Below are positions 37,501 through 46,767 of a stretch of 64,000 nucleotides of DNA, piece by piece. The DNA is from Haplodiscus bocki. Taxonomy: Eukaryota. The DNA lies in assembly GCA_965655095.1 (NCBI GenBank), contig OZ296650.1, forward strand, positions 133,982,001 to 134,046,000. The letters are read 5' to 3'. The notes below the pieces were generated by a model that had not been told where the DNA came from, ran no database searches, and saw nothing but the letters and a program-made list of their open reading frames with translations. Position numbers and translations under genes: made by a program. Positions within the stretch are counted from its first letter, which is position 1; every line of letters begins with the position of its first letter.

Positions 37501-39583
37501 TGCGCTACCGCCTGTGCTGGACAGAAGTGTCATTGAAGAATACGAAGAATCACTAGCAGTGCAAATCAGTATGGAAAAATGCAAAATGGTAGCTTTTCTT
37601 CACACTTGTCAGAAACAATTACCTACTGAGCAGGCGATGCTAGATGCAACCATCACCGTCCCTTTACCTTGGAAACCAGTCATTCAGAAAAGCCCGGATC
37701 AATGTCGAAACTCTTATACGGAACAGAAGAGTGTATTAAACAAACTGTTGAGTTCCATCGACATTTATAAAGAAGGACTTTGCAGTTTCATCAGGCATCA
37801 AATTGTCTTTGGACCTCCAGGAAGTGGGAAAACTTTCGTTGTGCTAAAATCGCTTGCATATGCTTTATGCCAAGGTCTCAACTGTGTAGTGACATCTTTG
37901 GCTGCTGAAAGATCTGCCGCTTTGGCTGGAAAACATCTGAATGCCCTCATCCCATTTCCAGTGGAAAAACACGCTTCTGCAGAATCGCTCTCGAGAACAG
38001 CCCTGTCCAACCTACAACGATCTCCTATTAAGAGCCGCTTTCTGCAAAATCTACACGTTCTTTTCGTGGAGGAATTGTCAATGATTTCTAGCGAACTTTG
38101 GGCTGCCACGGATTATGTGCTTCAGGTTATCACAGCAAATTATGTTCCATTCGGTGGGAAACTTGTTATTGCAACCGGAGATTTCTTCCAACTTCCTCCA
38201 CCATCAGGATCTTGTTTGATGAGTTCTTCTTTTCCTCTCACAACGTTCACTTTTCTCAAACTGGAAAATTTCGTTCGCATGCAAAACAAAAATGGCCAAG
38301 AACTGTTGTCTTTGTTGTCAGCGACTCCAAAAACGGACGGCAATGCGAGGCGTATCTGGGAAATTATCGGTAAAGGTTGCAATTTTGTCCATTCATGGAA
38401 AGACGTGCCGAATGATAGAATTCGAATTTTTGCCACTCGACAAGCAGAACGTAAAGCAACTGAAGACAAAATAATCGATGTTAAAAACAGCGGTACCCAA
38501 TTTTATGAAAATGCGGCAATTGATGAAATGTGCGTTTCAAGCACTGACAACTGGACCGAGGCGTCGCCAAGTACATCAAAATTTCTCAACAAAAAGTGTC
38601 TTGAACCCCAGTCGTTGTTTCTGTACCCCGGAGCCATTTTACGACTAACAGTGAACATGCCATCTATATCCGCGTATCAGGGTCAACTCTGTGTTCTGCT
38701 TTCTTTGGATACAATTGAGAATGGCTCTGTGACAATTGCTCTAGCACCAGCTGGTTGCCGAAGTATTCCACCGCTTGTTGTGATCAAAAACAAATGGCGT
38801 TGTGTTGTTATCGGCAAAGAAACTGGTGTTACCTACCGATTAAACCACAAAACGGTTTGCAGACGAATCCAGTTTCCACTAAAATTATTTGTTGCGTCAA
38901 CCATTCATAAGACAATGGGTGAAACGCTTCCGATGGTCGCAACCCAAATAGTTGGATCGAAAGACTTCGCTTTGTGGCTTCCCGAACAACTCTATGTTGT
39001 AATGAGTCGAGTAAGAAGTCTGAATCAGGTGACTTTTGTTGGATCGAAGGAATCTAACAAACGAGCAGTCTTGGATTTAGTCTGCAAAAATTCGCAATGG
39101 GCTGAACTCACGAATGAAATTTTGACTAAAAGTTCCGCTGGTGACCCTACAATTGATCATGCAAGAGCATCTCCTTTTCCCCCTTCAATGAGAGAACTAC
39201 CCGTTCAAAATGTGGGCTTCTGTTACTTGCTCCAAAGTGAACCACAGCAGCACCTTCTGTACATTGGCTCCACTATGTCGTTAGTGCGTCGTTTGCGAGA
39301 GCACAATGCAGGACTGGGTTCCTCCTTCACCAAGGTACAAAATCGTTTGCCCTGGATGGTTTGTGCTTATGTTACTGGTTTCAATTCGATTAATGCTTCA
39401 GAGAGAATCCGAGCATTCGAGAAGGAGTGGCTGAATGCGGCAACACACTACGTCAACGCAAAAAAGAAAAATGTGTCACTTCCCACAGCTATCAATTTGG
39501 GGGAAATTGTCGCAAAAAATTGGCTATACAAAGAAGATGATTTGAAACTAGTAGTGTGCTGCAGGTCATCAACTGTGTCTTGA
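31526..39583 (+). CDS. ~2685 aa protein: Zn knuckle, OTU cysteine protease, Cys-rich region, HUH Y2 Rep, PIF1-family helicase, SLX1-like GIY-YIG endonuclease
   Basis: OTU Cys codon 31841 and His 32213; PHLH 35873-35884; YVAKY 36383-36397; Walker A GPPGSGKT 37811-37834; PFGG...GDFFQLPP; CYLL...YIG from 39221. The first ATG is 31526 (the ORF track starts at TTG 31514). Confidence 0.93.
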   Translation: MSKQNNKGNLKRRRCTSCGQFVGEHHVCAKSIELELQVNEPLGILYEIPDASVAVSPTARTEIHSSLNILGLMDFLKPTKTAIGNDTVICSMQPVRVTAVLGDGNCLFSSLAVALGLSHECGPIIRNIIVSHMNLISFPPNSLQTSVYSDDFPNQHRVLSCTSVDEYLRESRMAENGVFGSCVEIYSFCQIFKVDVFLYHVPFKSWMIYECSSNVNRKGIFIQQNRNANHFEVITELVSIGPESSSLSQVASINRPPSQSSETNHWSQALQNCEGTETEPASKKSKVNSDYTWEEHPDPLALSLFANSVSTKMKKLSALETLSTNSTNLPKNDCSQMLEPPCFDFSPTDSVSGNMHTNGECPNLGGCDCCAKCMRQSTVLYPLKLKWKNKFDLKNRVFGNKLTEPIVVLCKLCLLYCTTESYDWYNAWPSVFFSLLSDQDMPVRTQMDILSLLPWELRQQWMTSMHYFPLCVQRCLSRKRIAGKCSVDGTLRLRRFHELMKTLKQTNIALALDNEPYPNVRCPYGCWCFIEESGWIPANHFINLFERNFTSFQSSSFLHLRGIRSDFLTPFVSLRQFLVATTVRVDEKAGLVVQACSRHSRGSSLQYFHPPSHPSLVRTTVNYEERLSAIAPTLSFISSIKANFTSHTYQLLRSVGSYSGMSTVRLKRKTRWDFTSDILYHAEGVACHFREDIKTMIREWVRQGKILDDVASGMLDYVPDKKKVNSCLSQATSIDLQTCLNLTKIVEMNEKEYLNNVESLSCYTLVHGNDDYGCSPPPLENRVSIVSWIVQAAVCVSPILCRSLVNSSKYSVTLRPLFTLLRKVLLGTARMNTAKVLWLVRKSEQAVSAVIEQTNTDDKTEGTTDCCCFVGARFLSDFCDTIQHVPLNKRKNIGSPTTEQVSYNMTHAIFTTGSPKNLRNKVKPPLTLIISDNEFELIAVGTKDGSSKGESRWLVRHGGRFQGFWLIEKSKKFATKTEGSPTDALETFIRGYWTIAIYQKSRNVELIDLKWKFLSTLTGQGIFICAHHTIPLTRDFRNSGFQCRCNRASFLRCPHLQCYSCVCKRHFNEGLQQQHRRILIDSVPLEKLNKTNSPSLVSESSSSRDFIEPNSMPANEPIQPDAAAETLDIASSNSSSVSYIVHPETNDEEFEDDNLRIMATLKTNSDEKLISVDLERKEDAFKLPLHILLNSQCNLLYRRNGNPISLSLKEKRFLENISAVSTSALPLIQPEALLFPSIFWCQASSGSFPGAIPTALYNSSKYNKQLGFAGLDDMLRTRIKDGSLLTSCNPTYLQYVFDCLLNMQLHKSDIRIILNRGWQEVNSVPHNCSFLSTQTFKFDCAESRKNVCELAALIRDKNPTYFVTYTCSQSTHPGIRKIFEALHEMYPAETTPKEVLAAAIQAELMPMLRSWYRASQYVMEWVKNSPEEPLGPVSHIWMRYEWQEETAGFPHLHAILCTPEDKFSDDVRSRVCCSKQTFLGGLEVSCPELNAVERFQLGELYQKYQTHNCSKGRKRCHKKTDRLDKPICRVPKYPPSNCFSFKEIPVNFSCETMGLLREMELADIDENSLFPKVKDPLTAGKHHYPTVSNEHYSPTNAALFALTQSSTNVQICDDYMAPRYVAKYAAGIESRAVAKIVAGETENSVTVLTEPIAHEKIAGVQASQKKMRGDEKQKSVTGRVVSITECLWWSLQLPYVCTNVDFVHVPTVPKENRSGIITEKRFSNKIKLGATFMEGIRVRKHVLQLPKHRQFTRTQSFLLADVENSSISPDKVTVFGLRPPELLFVSKLKNYYSWFVRCKPQTKKSISNHEVFLKRSFRRSCWVDALGYLVKLRPCSVDAFVNFCRANGTDGRDGILKREMRIHIVPLLVTKKASQFVAHWKQLSEEDAVVVFSNVLPNNPTKFLLHVLLTNGEFDTEMDILNVQSFKEAFTTAKIIPSCNINAKTVQNLTRNYLLKQLRFVPGSSKLIDKYLLMAHSVLSEALLVNSLYFAAALPPVLDRSVIEEYEESLAVQISMEKCKMVAFLHTCQKQLPTEQAMLDATITVPLPWKPVIQKSPDQCRNSYTEQKSVLNKLLSSIDIYKEGLCSFIRHQIVFGPPGSGKTFVVLKSLAYALCQGLNCVVTSLAAERSAALAGKHLNALIPFPVEKHASAESLSRTALSNLQRSPIKSRFLQNLHVLFVEELSMISSELWAATDYVLQVITANYVPFGGKLVIATGDFFQLPPPSGSCLMSSSFPLTTFTFLKLENFVRMQNKNGQELLSLLSATPKTDGNARRIWEIIGKGCNFVHSWKDVPNDRIRIFATRQAERKATEDKIIDVKNSGTQFYENAAIDEMCVSSTDNWTEASPSTSKFLNKKCLEPQSLFLYPGAILRLTVNMPSISAYQGQLCVLLSLDTIENGSVTIALAPAGCRSIPPLVVIKNKWRCVVIGKETGVTYRLNHKTVCRRIQFPLKLFVASTIHKTMGETLPMVATQIVGSKDFALWLPEQLYVVMSRVRSLNQVTFVGSKESNKRAVLDLVCKNSQWAELTNEILTKSSAGDPTIDHARASPFPPSMRELPVQNVGFCYLLQSEPQQHLLYIGSTMSLVRRLREHNAGLGSSFTKVQNRLPWMVCAYVTGFNSINASERIRAFEKEWLNAATHYVNAKKKNVSLPTAINLGEIVAKNWLYKEDDLKLVVCCRSSTVS

Positions 39584-39681
39584 AAAGTCGTACTTTAGGA
39601 GAAAGCTGCCCAAAAACTTATGGATTAGTTTGAGATAATTGTTTTACTTGCACACAAACTTCCTTGCCTTGACAGCCATAC

Positions 39682-39828
39682 GCATCGACAGCATAGTGAT
39701 GCAATGGTGAATTTCTCTTTATGTTATGCTGCAACCGCATCGGCTGCAGAGTGATGTACCAAGTAGCACGTGCAGCAACATCAACCTTTTTGCTGGAAAA
39801 TATAATGCCTCGACTGCATAGTGTTGCA
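39682..39828 (+). repeat. Three copies of a ~22 nt bulged-hairpin motif (consensus GCATCGACTGCAnAGTGATGCA) downstream of the large ORF
   Basis: Copies at 39682, 39737 and 39807; counterparts at 56253, 56311 and 56381. Confidence 0.65.
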
Positions 39829-40160
39829 TTATCTATTTTGCAGTTGAGATTATTTGTTGCTAATCACTTGTCTGTGTCTGTTTAATTCATGAGTTTGATG
39901 GGATTGACTTTCACTGAACCTGATTTGATGGACTTTGATTTTGGAAGCACTAGAAAGAGTCCATTTAAAAAAGCGCCGTTAATTTTGGACAATAGAAATC
40001 AGCTAACTTTCAAGTTTTTTCGGGAAAAAAATATAATCATACGTTAAATGACGAATTTTGACATTGTTGATTGAAGCACTCTTGTTACTGTATCCCCGTA
40101 TTCGGGGATGATACCTGAAGCTGCAGAAACCGACGTTTTTCACAGTGCTTCCAGATCATT

Positions 40161-40913
40161 ATGGCTCATTTGATCATAACCGACTCTCTGGGCGTACAAC
40201 TGGAAGGTGTGCTTGAAAATTTGGCAGTTAAAAGTTTTCCTGGCGCCAGAGCGGCGGACCGACGTGTAACGAGTTTCCTGGAAAATTTGCGGCGCCGCTT
40301 CCAATCCATTACAATTTTCATTGGAGGGAATGGCCTTTCCAATTGGGGCCGGCGTCCAGCTGAAAGTCCAGAACAGGTAAAGCTTAAGTGATGGTTCATG
40401 GGGTTACTGTTTGCAAAATCAAATTAGACGCTAGTAAAATTTGGAACGTTTTTGTGTATTGTTAAACCCTTTATTGAAGTACGTTTAGTAAAAATCTAGG
40501 AAAACGTTGTTTTCAATAGTAAGTCTTTCTACTGGTACTTTAACTGGTGCTACTTGCAAACTATAATTGAACCGTAACTTTGTGTTTTTAATATCTCAAC
40601 AGTACTTCATTTGCTTTTGTTGTTTTATTATTAGGTGTTCCATGATATCTTGAACCTTGTGAGAATTGCCGAGAGAAAATGCGACAAAGTATACTGCCTG
40701 GGCTTAGTAATGCGAAGCCGACCGTGCTTCCTTGCAGTGAAAGAAATAAACCGAATGCTGCGAACATCCATTGGACACTACACTTACGTTTCCGTGTCAT
40801 CTAAGATGTCATCTGAAAGAAATCTTAAAGACGGAGTGCATCTGTCTCAGCACGGCGTGACGAACATCCTGTGGATTATAAAAAGACGGATTTTAGGTAA
40901 CAAATGTGTGTAG
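40161..40913 (+). CDS. Two-exon SGNH/GDSL hydrolase-like protein (164 aa; exons 40161-40376 and 40635-40913)
   Basis: Blocks IITDS, SFPGA and FIGGN in exon 1; DGVHLS in exon 2. Phase-0 intron CAG|GTAAAG...TTATTAG|GTG (258 nt) joins them in frame. Confidence 0.85.
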
Positions 40914-42355
40914 CAGTACATTAAGATGTTGAAAAACAGTATTGATTCCAGTAATTTGCGGTTGATGTCAACTTTCCAGCAATTGAATGTTTCTAGCTTT
41001 AAACTCTTTGGAATTTACCTATAGAAGGTTTACGTTTTTTCCATAAACTTCCATTCTAACACCAATGTCGTTTAGGACACTCAATCAGGAGACTCTCCCA
41101 TCGCAAAAACCGCTACGTCCACTGGAAGTGGTGAAGATCCGGCCCTGTGTTGTTGTAGGCTTCATTTGGACATTTCTGGAAAATGGAATTACAATCTTGG
41201 TCGTTGCACCTATGTTTCGAATACTCTTGGTAGTTTTTTCATGATGACACAATTTTGAAACTTTTTTTGGTGGTACCATTAAAAACAAACAAAGGTGCTT
41301 TTTTGGTTTCCAATAATCTTGGCCAATTGACGCCGCTAACAGTGTTTTAATTTTGTTTTCGTGTCCTCTTCGATTTGTAATTTGTCAGTGATAAAATTGT
41401 AAAAAAGCTCGACCGCATGGTGGCCTCTACTTCTTTGAAGTTTTGAATTTTTTTTGTTCCACACACCTTGCATTTTGGCGTACATTACAACATATTTATT
41501 ATTTTAAACTTTGTCTTCATGCCTCATTCAATTTAAAGTTGGTTTGTGATGACGTTGTAAGGAGTTCAACCGCATGGTGATCTGTACCTCTTTGAATTTT
41601 TGATGCTTCGTTGTCATTGGAACATTTTTTTAATGGTCGCCGTCCGCTATTAGTCGTCACAATTCCTTCATGTTTTCGCTGAAATAGTGTACTCCATAGT
41701 TACATTGTTTGTTAAAAACTTTTGGTAGTTTAAAATTTCGAAAGTGATCAACTGACCTCGGCCATACTGTTACAAGGATTGTTCATATTATTTTGAATAA
41801 AGTTTTCTTTTGAAATGTTTGTTCTTATATTCGCAAAAAACGTTATAGCAAACATTGTGCAGCTTTGAGCTCGTATTAAACTTCAGTTGTCGAACATCTG
41901 CAATGAAGATATAATTTATAATCCTTAACTTTCTACAAGTTTTGTAGACAGGAAAAAAACCGATGTAATAACGATGTATTTGAATGCATTGCTCACCATT
42001 TTTTTTCTTTTGCCTTGAGTGTTACTGATCGATAAAGCGTGATGCGTTGAACAGTAAGATAACTGTAAATGTAACATAACATTTCGATGAAATAAACTTA
42101 ATGATAAAGAAGATTTGAGAAATGTGAATAATTGAGAAACTTGTCATGCTTTTTTGAAAAACAGGTTGCTTTACTTGAAGCAATAGCGCTAATTCACTGG
42201 ATTAAATGCTTGAAACCAAAATTACTTGCCTGTTGACTTCATTGAACCTTATAGGAAAATGCGTTCACAGAATCTTTAAAAAAGGAAAAAGCATGGTTTT
42301 GAATGTTCCAATTGTTCAATTCTCAGGCAGCTTCAACCACGTTTGATTTCAGACT

Positions 42356-43366
42356 ATGACAACTCAAGTGAACACCTCCCAAGTAACAGCACCAAATTTT
42401 TTGCGTCGAAGCGAAAATACATTCGTCAGAGGTATCGTTCTAGTAATTAAGAAATACGACAAACCTTTGCAGTTGTTTAGACCGCAAAATATCAAAAACA
42501 AGAGAGGTGCCCTCGATACCAGCTGTGATCGATTAGTCATACTAGGCGAGATCAATTCAAAAGAATGCTTTGCTGTGATTGCGGAGTCTGCACAGAAAAG
42601 CTATTTTTTGTTCGGGGACACTCTGTTAACAGTAGGGTCAATTGTGGACGTAAAAGAACCTGTGTTCTCGAACTCTTGTCTCGGCAATGACCGCAGTAAT
42701 CCAATTTTTCATGTCTTTCTTCCTTTGGAAGTCGTGGTTAACAATATTCCATTGTTGCCAATTCCCATAGATCTCCACCCATCAACGACAGCAATGTTTC
42801 ACTTTTGCTTGCCAAACAGACCCCTCACCTTCTTACAAGCAGGTGCTGTAGCTCCAACTTGCTCAGGCTTCATGTGTGACAGACGAGAAAAACGAATTGA
42901 CTCTGTATGCCCCTGTATACAGAAATCTCCTGTTTCAGCTTGGGTAATGTGCGCCCGAATTGTCAGTCGTGACATCAAAAATGAAGACGAAGATTCCCTC
43001 ACGGGAGAAATGATACAAAGTCTTAACCTGACAAAACTGTTTTGCAGCGAAGCAATTATTAGAAGTTCATATGCATCAATCGATTCGCAACAACTGCGGA
43101 TTGCTGTTAACCAGGTGTCCCAATTTGTAAATGAGAATGGTGGTTGGCAGGTATGTGGATTTTACAAAAGTGGATCCACAGACGAAAATCTTGCACAAAA
43201 CGTACAACGTGTCCGCATTTGCAAAATTACGCCTGCCGTTGAAGTGCCTTTTAACTTGAAATACAACATTGTGCCATGCAACGCCAATATTGGCAATGAG
43301 CCCCCAGCTTTGCAACATGCGAATACTAACGTCGGTGCTCCTAACAATCCGAACAACGTACGATAG
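42356..43366 (+). CDS. Conserved 336 aa accessory protein (ORF2 homolog)
   Basis: Full-length similarity to 12090-13082 and same position in the gene order. Confidence 0.85.
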   Translation: MTTQVNTSQVTAPNFLRRSENTFVRGIVLVIKKYDKPLQLFRPQNIKNKRGALDTSCDRLVILGEINSKECFAVIAESAQKSYFLFGDTLLTVGSIVDVKEPVFSNSCLGNDRSNPIFHVFLPLEVVVNNIPLLPIPIDLHPSTTAMFHFCLPNRPLTFLQAGAVAPTCSGFMCDRREKRIDSVCPCIQKSPVSAWVMCARIVSRDIKNEDEDSLTGEMIQSLNLTKLFCSEAIIRSSYASIDSQQLRIAVNQVSQFVNENGGWQVCGFYKSGSTDENLAQNVQRVRICKITPAVEVPFNLKYNIVPCNANIGNEPPALQHANTNVGAPNNPNNVR

Positions 43367-44339
43367 CTGATCTAGACTTACTCCTCAGATAACCGTTCTT
43401 TCTCCACCGCATGAACTGCTTGCTGGTTTTCAAAACCAATCTCTCCTTTCGCAATCGACCGCAAGGTGGTTGCTGAAAAAAACATGCACAAATTAACAAG
43501 TTTCGGAAAAAAAGTCAACTGATAAAGTTGTCCTCGTTCTTTCATACCACAATTTGTTCTCCCCCTTTTCAATCTTGAAACCTATGCTTCAATTTTCTTG
43601 TTAATGATAAAGTTTAACTTTCCAGTACTTATCAGTACCCAAAGGTTAATTGTTGGTTTTTGTGGAACTGTAAACACTAATGTCAAATTACAAATTAGTT
43701 GTAGTTGAACAATGGAAATTAGTTTGCAACTGCCGACGACTTGTCTCTGTAAACCTACGTTTTTCAGTAGCTTAGAACATTGTGCTAATTCGTGTGGCTT
43801 TTGAGTGTGGTTTATTGGTTCGTGTAGAAGTTGTGAACTTTTTATGTTATGCAATTAACTTCTTTCTTGTTATGTTAAACATTACTATCCGTTCATGACC
43901 GAACGTTTTGAACTTTGAAACGCTGGCTTGCTCTTCTATCGGTCGAAGTGCACGCTCTCAGTTCGTTGCTTGACGTTTGATACAGTGTTGTAATTTTCGC
44001 TAACAGAAGAATGGGATCAAACTTTCATACGAAATTTTAGGGAAATTTTTTTCTGAAGTCTATACAGGTTCATTTGGTTCATTCGGGTTGTTTTCACAAA
44101 GTAACAGCTGGGAACCTACTGCCTACAAATTGACAACATTGATGCGAAACTTTTTGAGAAAGTTAAAACACTTTCGCTGGTCAAATTTTGAAAGTATTCG
44201 TTCGGACAAAAATTTTAGTTTTCCTTCCCAGAAACTCATCAAACTTGAAGTTGTTTGTTAAAGGAACAGTTGCTCTCCGAGAATTGCGGGCAAAAATTCC
44301 TGCCGACGTTTCACCATACGCCTGTTTAAGTGTTATATT

Positions 44340-44961
44340 CAAATTCTACAGCAAAAATTGATTTTTTTCTGATTTTTGTTTTTTTTCCAAAAAATTCGTC
44401 ATAACCGTCATTTTTTTCGGCAAAGTGGCCGAAACTTTTTCATCTTCGGAAAATTGCCTTTGAAGTTATGGAGTCGATTTCATACTGGAGCCACTCCAGA
44501 GGGCAAACTATGCACTTCAATGTGGGAGCTATGACGAAATGGTCGATTTTCGGCATTTTTTTCCAACTTTGATCCGTCATATCTCAACACCTATGACGAG
44601 TTGGTAGAAAATTTTTTGCATGTGTGTAGCCCTTAGTTATACTGCTTCACACGAAAAGTTTCGGCCAAATGCATGTGGTTCCTTGCAGGGCTGTCGGTAA
44701 AAAACTGCAAAATGAGGCCAAAAAACAGAATCATCTCGTCATAATTCCCCAACCATTTTTGCTAGAATGATCTAACTTGCACCATTGTTCTTAGAATTGA
44801 AAGTTATGCCCGCATGCAAAGTTTGATCAAAATCGTATGGGTGGGAGCTGAGATCGTTATTTTCCTATACCGTATTTGCATAGAGTTATTTCTTATATTT
44901 TAACGCGAGGCAAAGGGGCCCCTCCCCCGCCTCGCCAGGACCTATGAGGGGCGTAATCCCG
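44340..44961 (+). repeat. Right-terminal module (B type) with hairpin GCGAGGC...GCCTCGC at 44905-44935
   Basis: Highly similar to ~59555-60178 and ~60655-61226; more distant to the N1/N2 and A ends. Confidence 0.85.
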
Positions 44962-44979
44962 TGACCACCCAGTGGAGGC
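44962..44979 (+). repeat. Invariant junction 18-mer (B/C)
   Basis: Exact match. Confidence 0.97.
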
Positions 44980-46767
44980 GACGGCGAAAATTACCAGAAG
45001 GCGGAAAGTGATTACTCCTGAAATATTCATTTTGTGTTGTCAGTTGTCTTTGTTATATGCTTTTCAGTTTTTGGCGCATACAAAACGATGTGCCCTATGT
45101 CTTTCTGAAGGACCCATTTTAAATCACAGCGTAAATGGCGCGAAATAATTGAACTCAGTTGCAGATTCTAACGGATTTCTGCGAAAATTTCAGTATAGAG
45201 AATTTTTTACCACTGTGGCGGAACAGCATTGAAGTTTCGCAACCCTAAGTTATAGTCTTTTTCCAACAAAAATACGCTCTTAACAGTAAAGAGCATTTAA
45301 CAATGTTTGCGCTATTTCAGCCTCAAAAACATCTTTATCTCTGCTGTTACATGAACGAGCTACAAATGGTTGACGCGATTTTCCATGCAATAAGCAAATT
45401 GTTGGATAATTTATAAAAACCTAACTTTTCAAGCTTTTCAACTTTCAATAATTGAGAAATGCTCCGTTTGGAGGAGCCCTTTCCCGGTTGTTCTTTTCCA
45501 TTGCATTTTCCGGTTGTTCAGATGTATAATTTATCAGTTTTTCGGAATGTCATGTAATTGGTGTCCTTTCATGTTTGTATTTGTACAGATGAATGCTTCA
45601 ACTTGCCACCTCCAAAAAATCTTTGTGAGAAAACACTGTGTTGAATACAGTTGACATTTAATTTGAAACGAGTCGCCTGTGTTCAAAAAATCGACTGAAA
45701 CAAGGAGGAAATCATAATCAGTGGGAAAACAGCAGTCATTTTCGATCACAACCAGTGTCATGTCACAAAAATTTCCTCGTAAAGCATCACATCTTACAAC
45801 TGCATCTGATGTTGCCTGAGCAAACAAAAGTTTAGAAAAAAAAATAAAACCATTGCCATTGCCAAAAACATAACAATTCAAATGGAGTACTTTTATAACT
45901 TTGCAAATTCTGTCATTTTTGAATTAAACAAACGACCCCATGGTACACTGCTATATTTCGTTTATGCCGCTACCATATATTGAGGCTGGTTTCACATAAT
46001 TATTATCTATATAACTGCTCTGCTTCCAGTTAAATTTCCCCCAATTACTGTTCATGGTCTTTTTAAACTATTTTCAGGTAGTTTTAATAATGATTCTCAC
46101 TGGTCACTTCTTCAGCGTGTTTATTTTACTTTCTGACATTTGTTTTCAATGTATGTTTTTGCTTATGGAGACTTTGAATTGCATACAAAATCATTAGAAT
46201 AATCAATGATCGACAACAATCTTGACATGATTTGCTTCAAAGCACATGTTTGAAGCAGCTAAGTTTTCCTTTTTTTCTCTTCTTATGCACTTCATTTGTT
46301 CTTTTATGTCATTGACAATTTCAGAATTGTCAATCCTCGAAAAACTGCGCTCAACGTTTAACTTTTCCTCATGGTTCTTTCGTTTGGATTCAACAAAACT
46401 TGCATCAGTTATTTTTCGGGTGAACCGTTAGAGAATAATGCAACGGCTGCTTTGAAGTTTTAAGCGAATCGTCTCTGGAAAACTTGTTTTTGTATTATCC
46501 CTCTTCAAGAAGACTGCTGGTACTAGTTAATCTGGTTTGTTCACTGCTCCATAAATTTCGACAATTCTTATTTATCGAAGACAGACAGTGATATCATACA
46601 GAATGTAATTTTACATTTCATTGAATAGCAGAAATAAGTCTTCAAAATAAATTGAATGTTGCAAATGATGTTGCCAATGCAAAAATCTTGCATTTGTTTC
46701 CAAAAACGACCGAGGTAGAAGCAGCAGCGTCAAAAGGCATTTGTTTAGTTTGAAGTACCGATGCTAG

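Larger units (their letters stand above)
28046..44979 (+). mobile_element. Unit B: intact, probably autonomous Helitron-like element (16916 bp period)
   Basis: Bounded by 18-mers. Uninterrupted large ORF, spliced SGNH gene, ORF2, and terminal module at ~44340-44961. Confidence 0.9.

Noticed and set aside
31526-39583. Host PIF1, SLX1 or OTU genes, or a bacterial IS91/plasmid Rep
   Set aside because: The domains are fused in one intronless multi-copy ORF with Helitron-type Rep motifs, so no host gene symbols were assigned.
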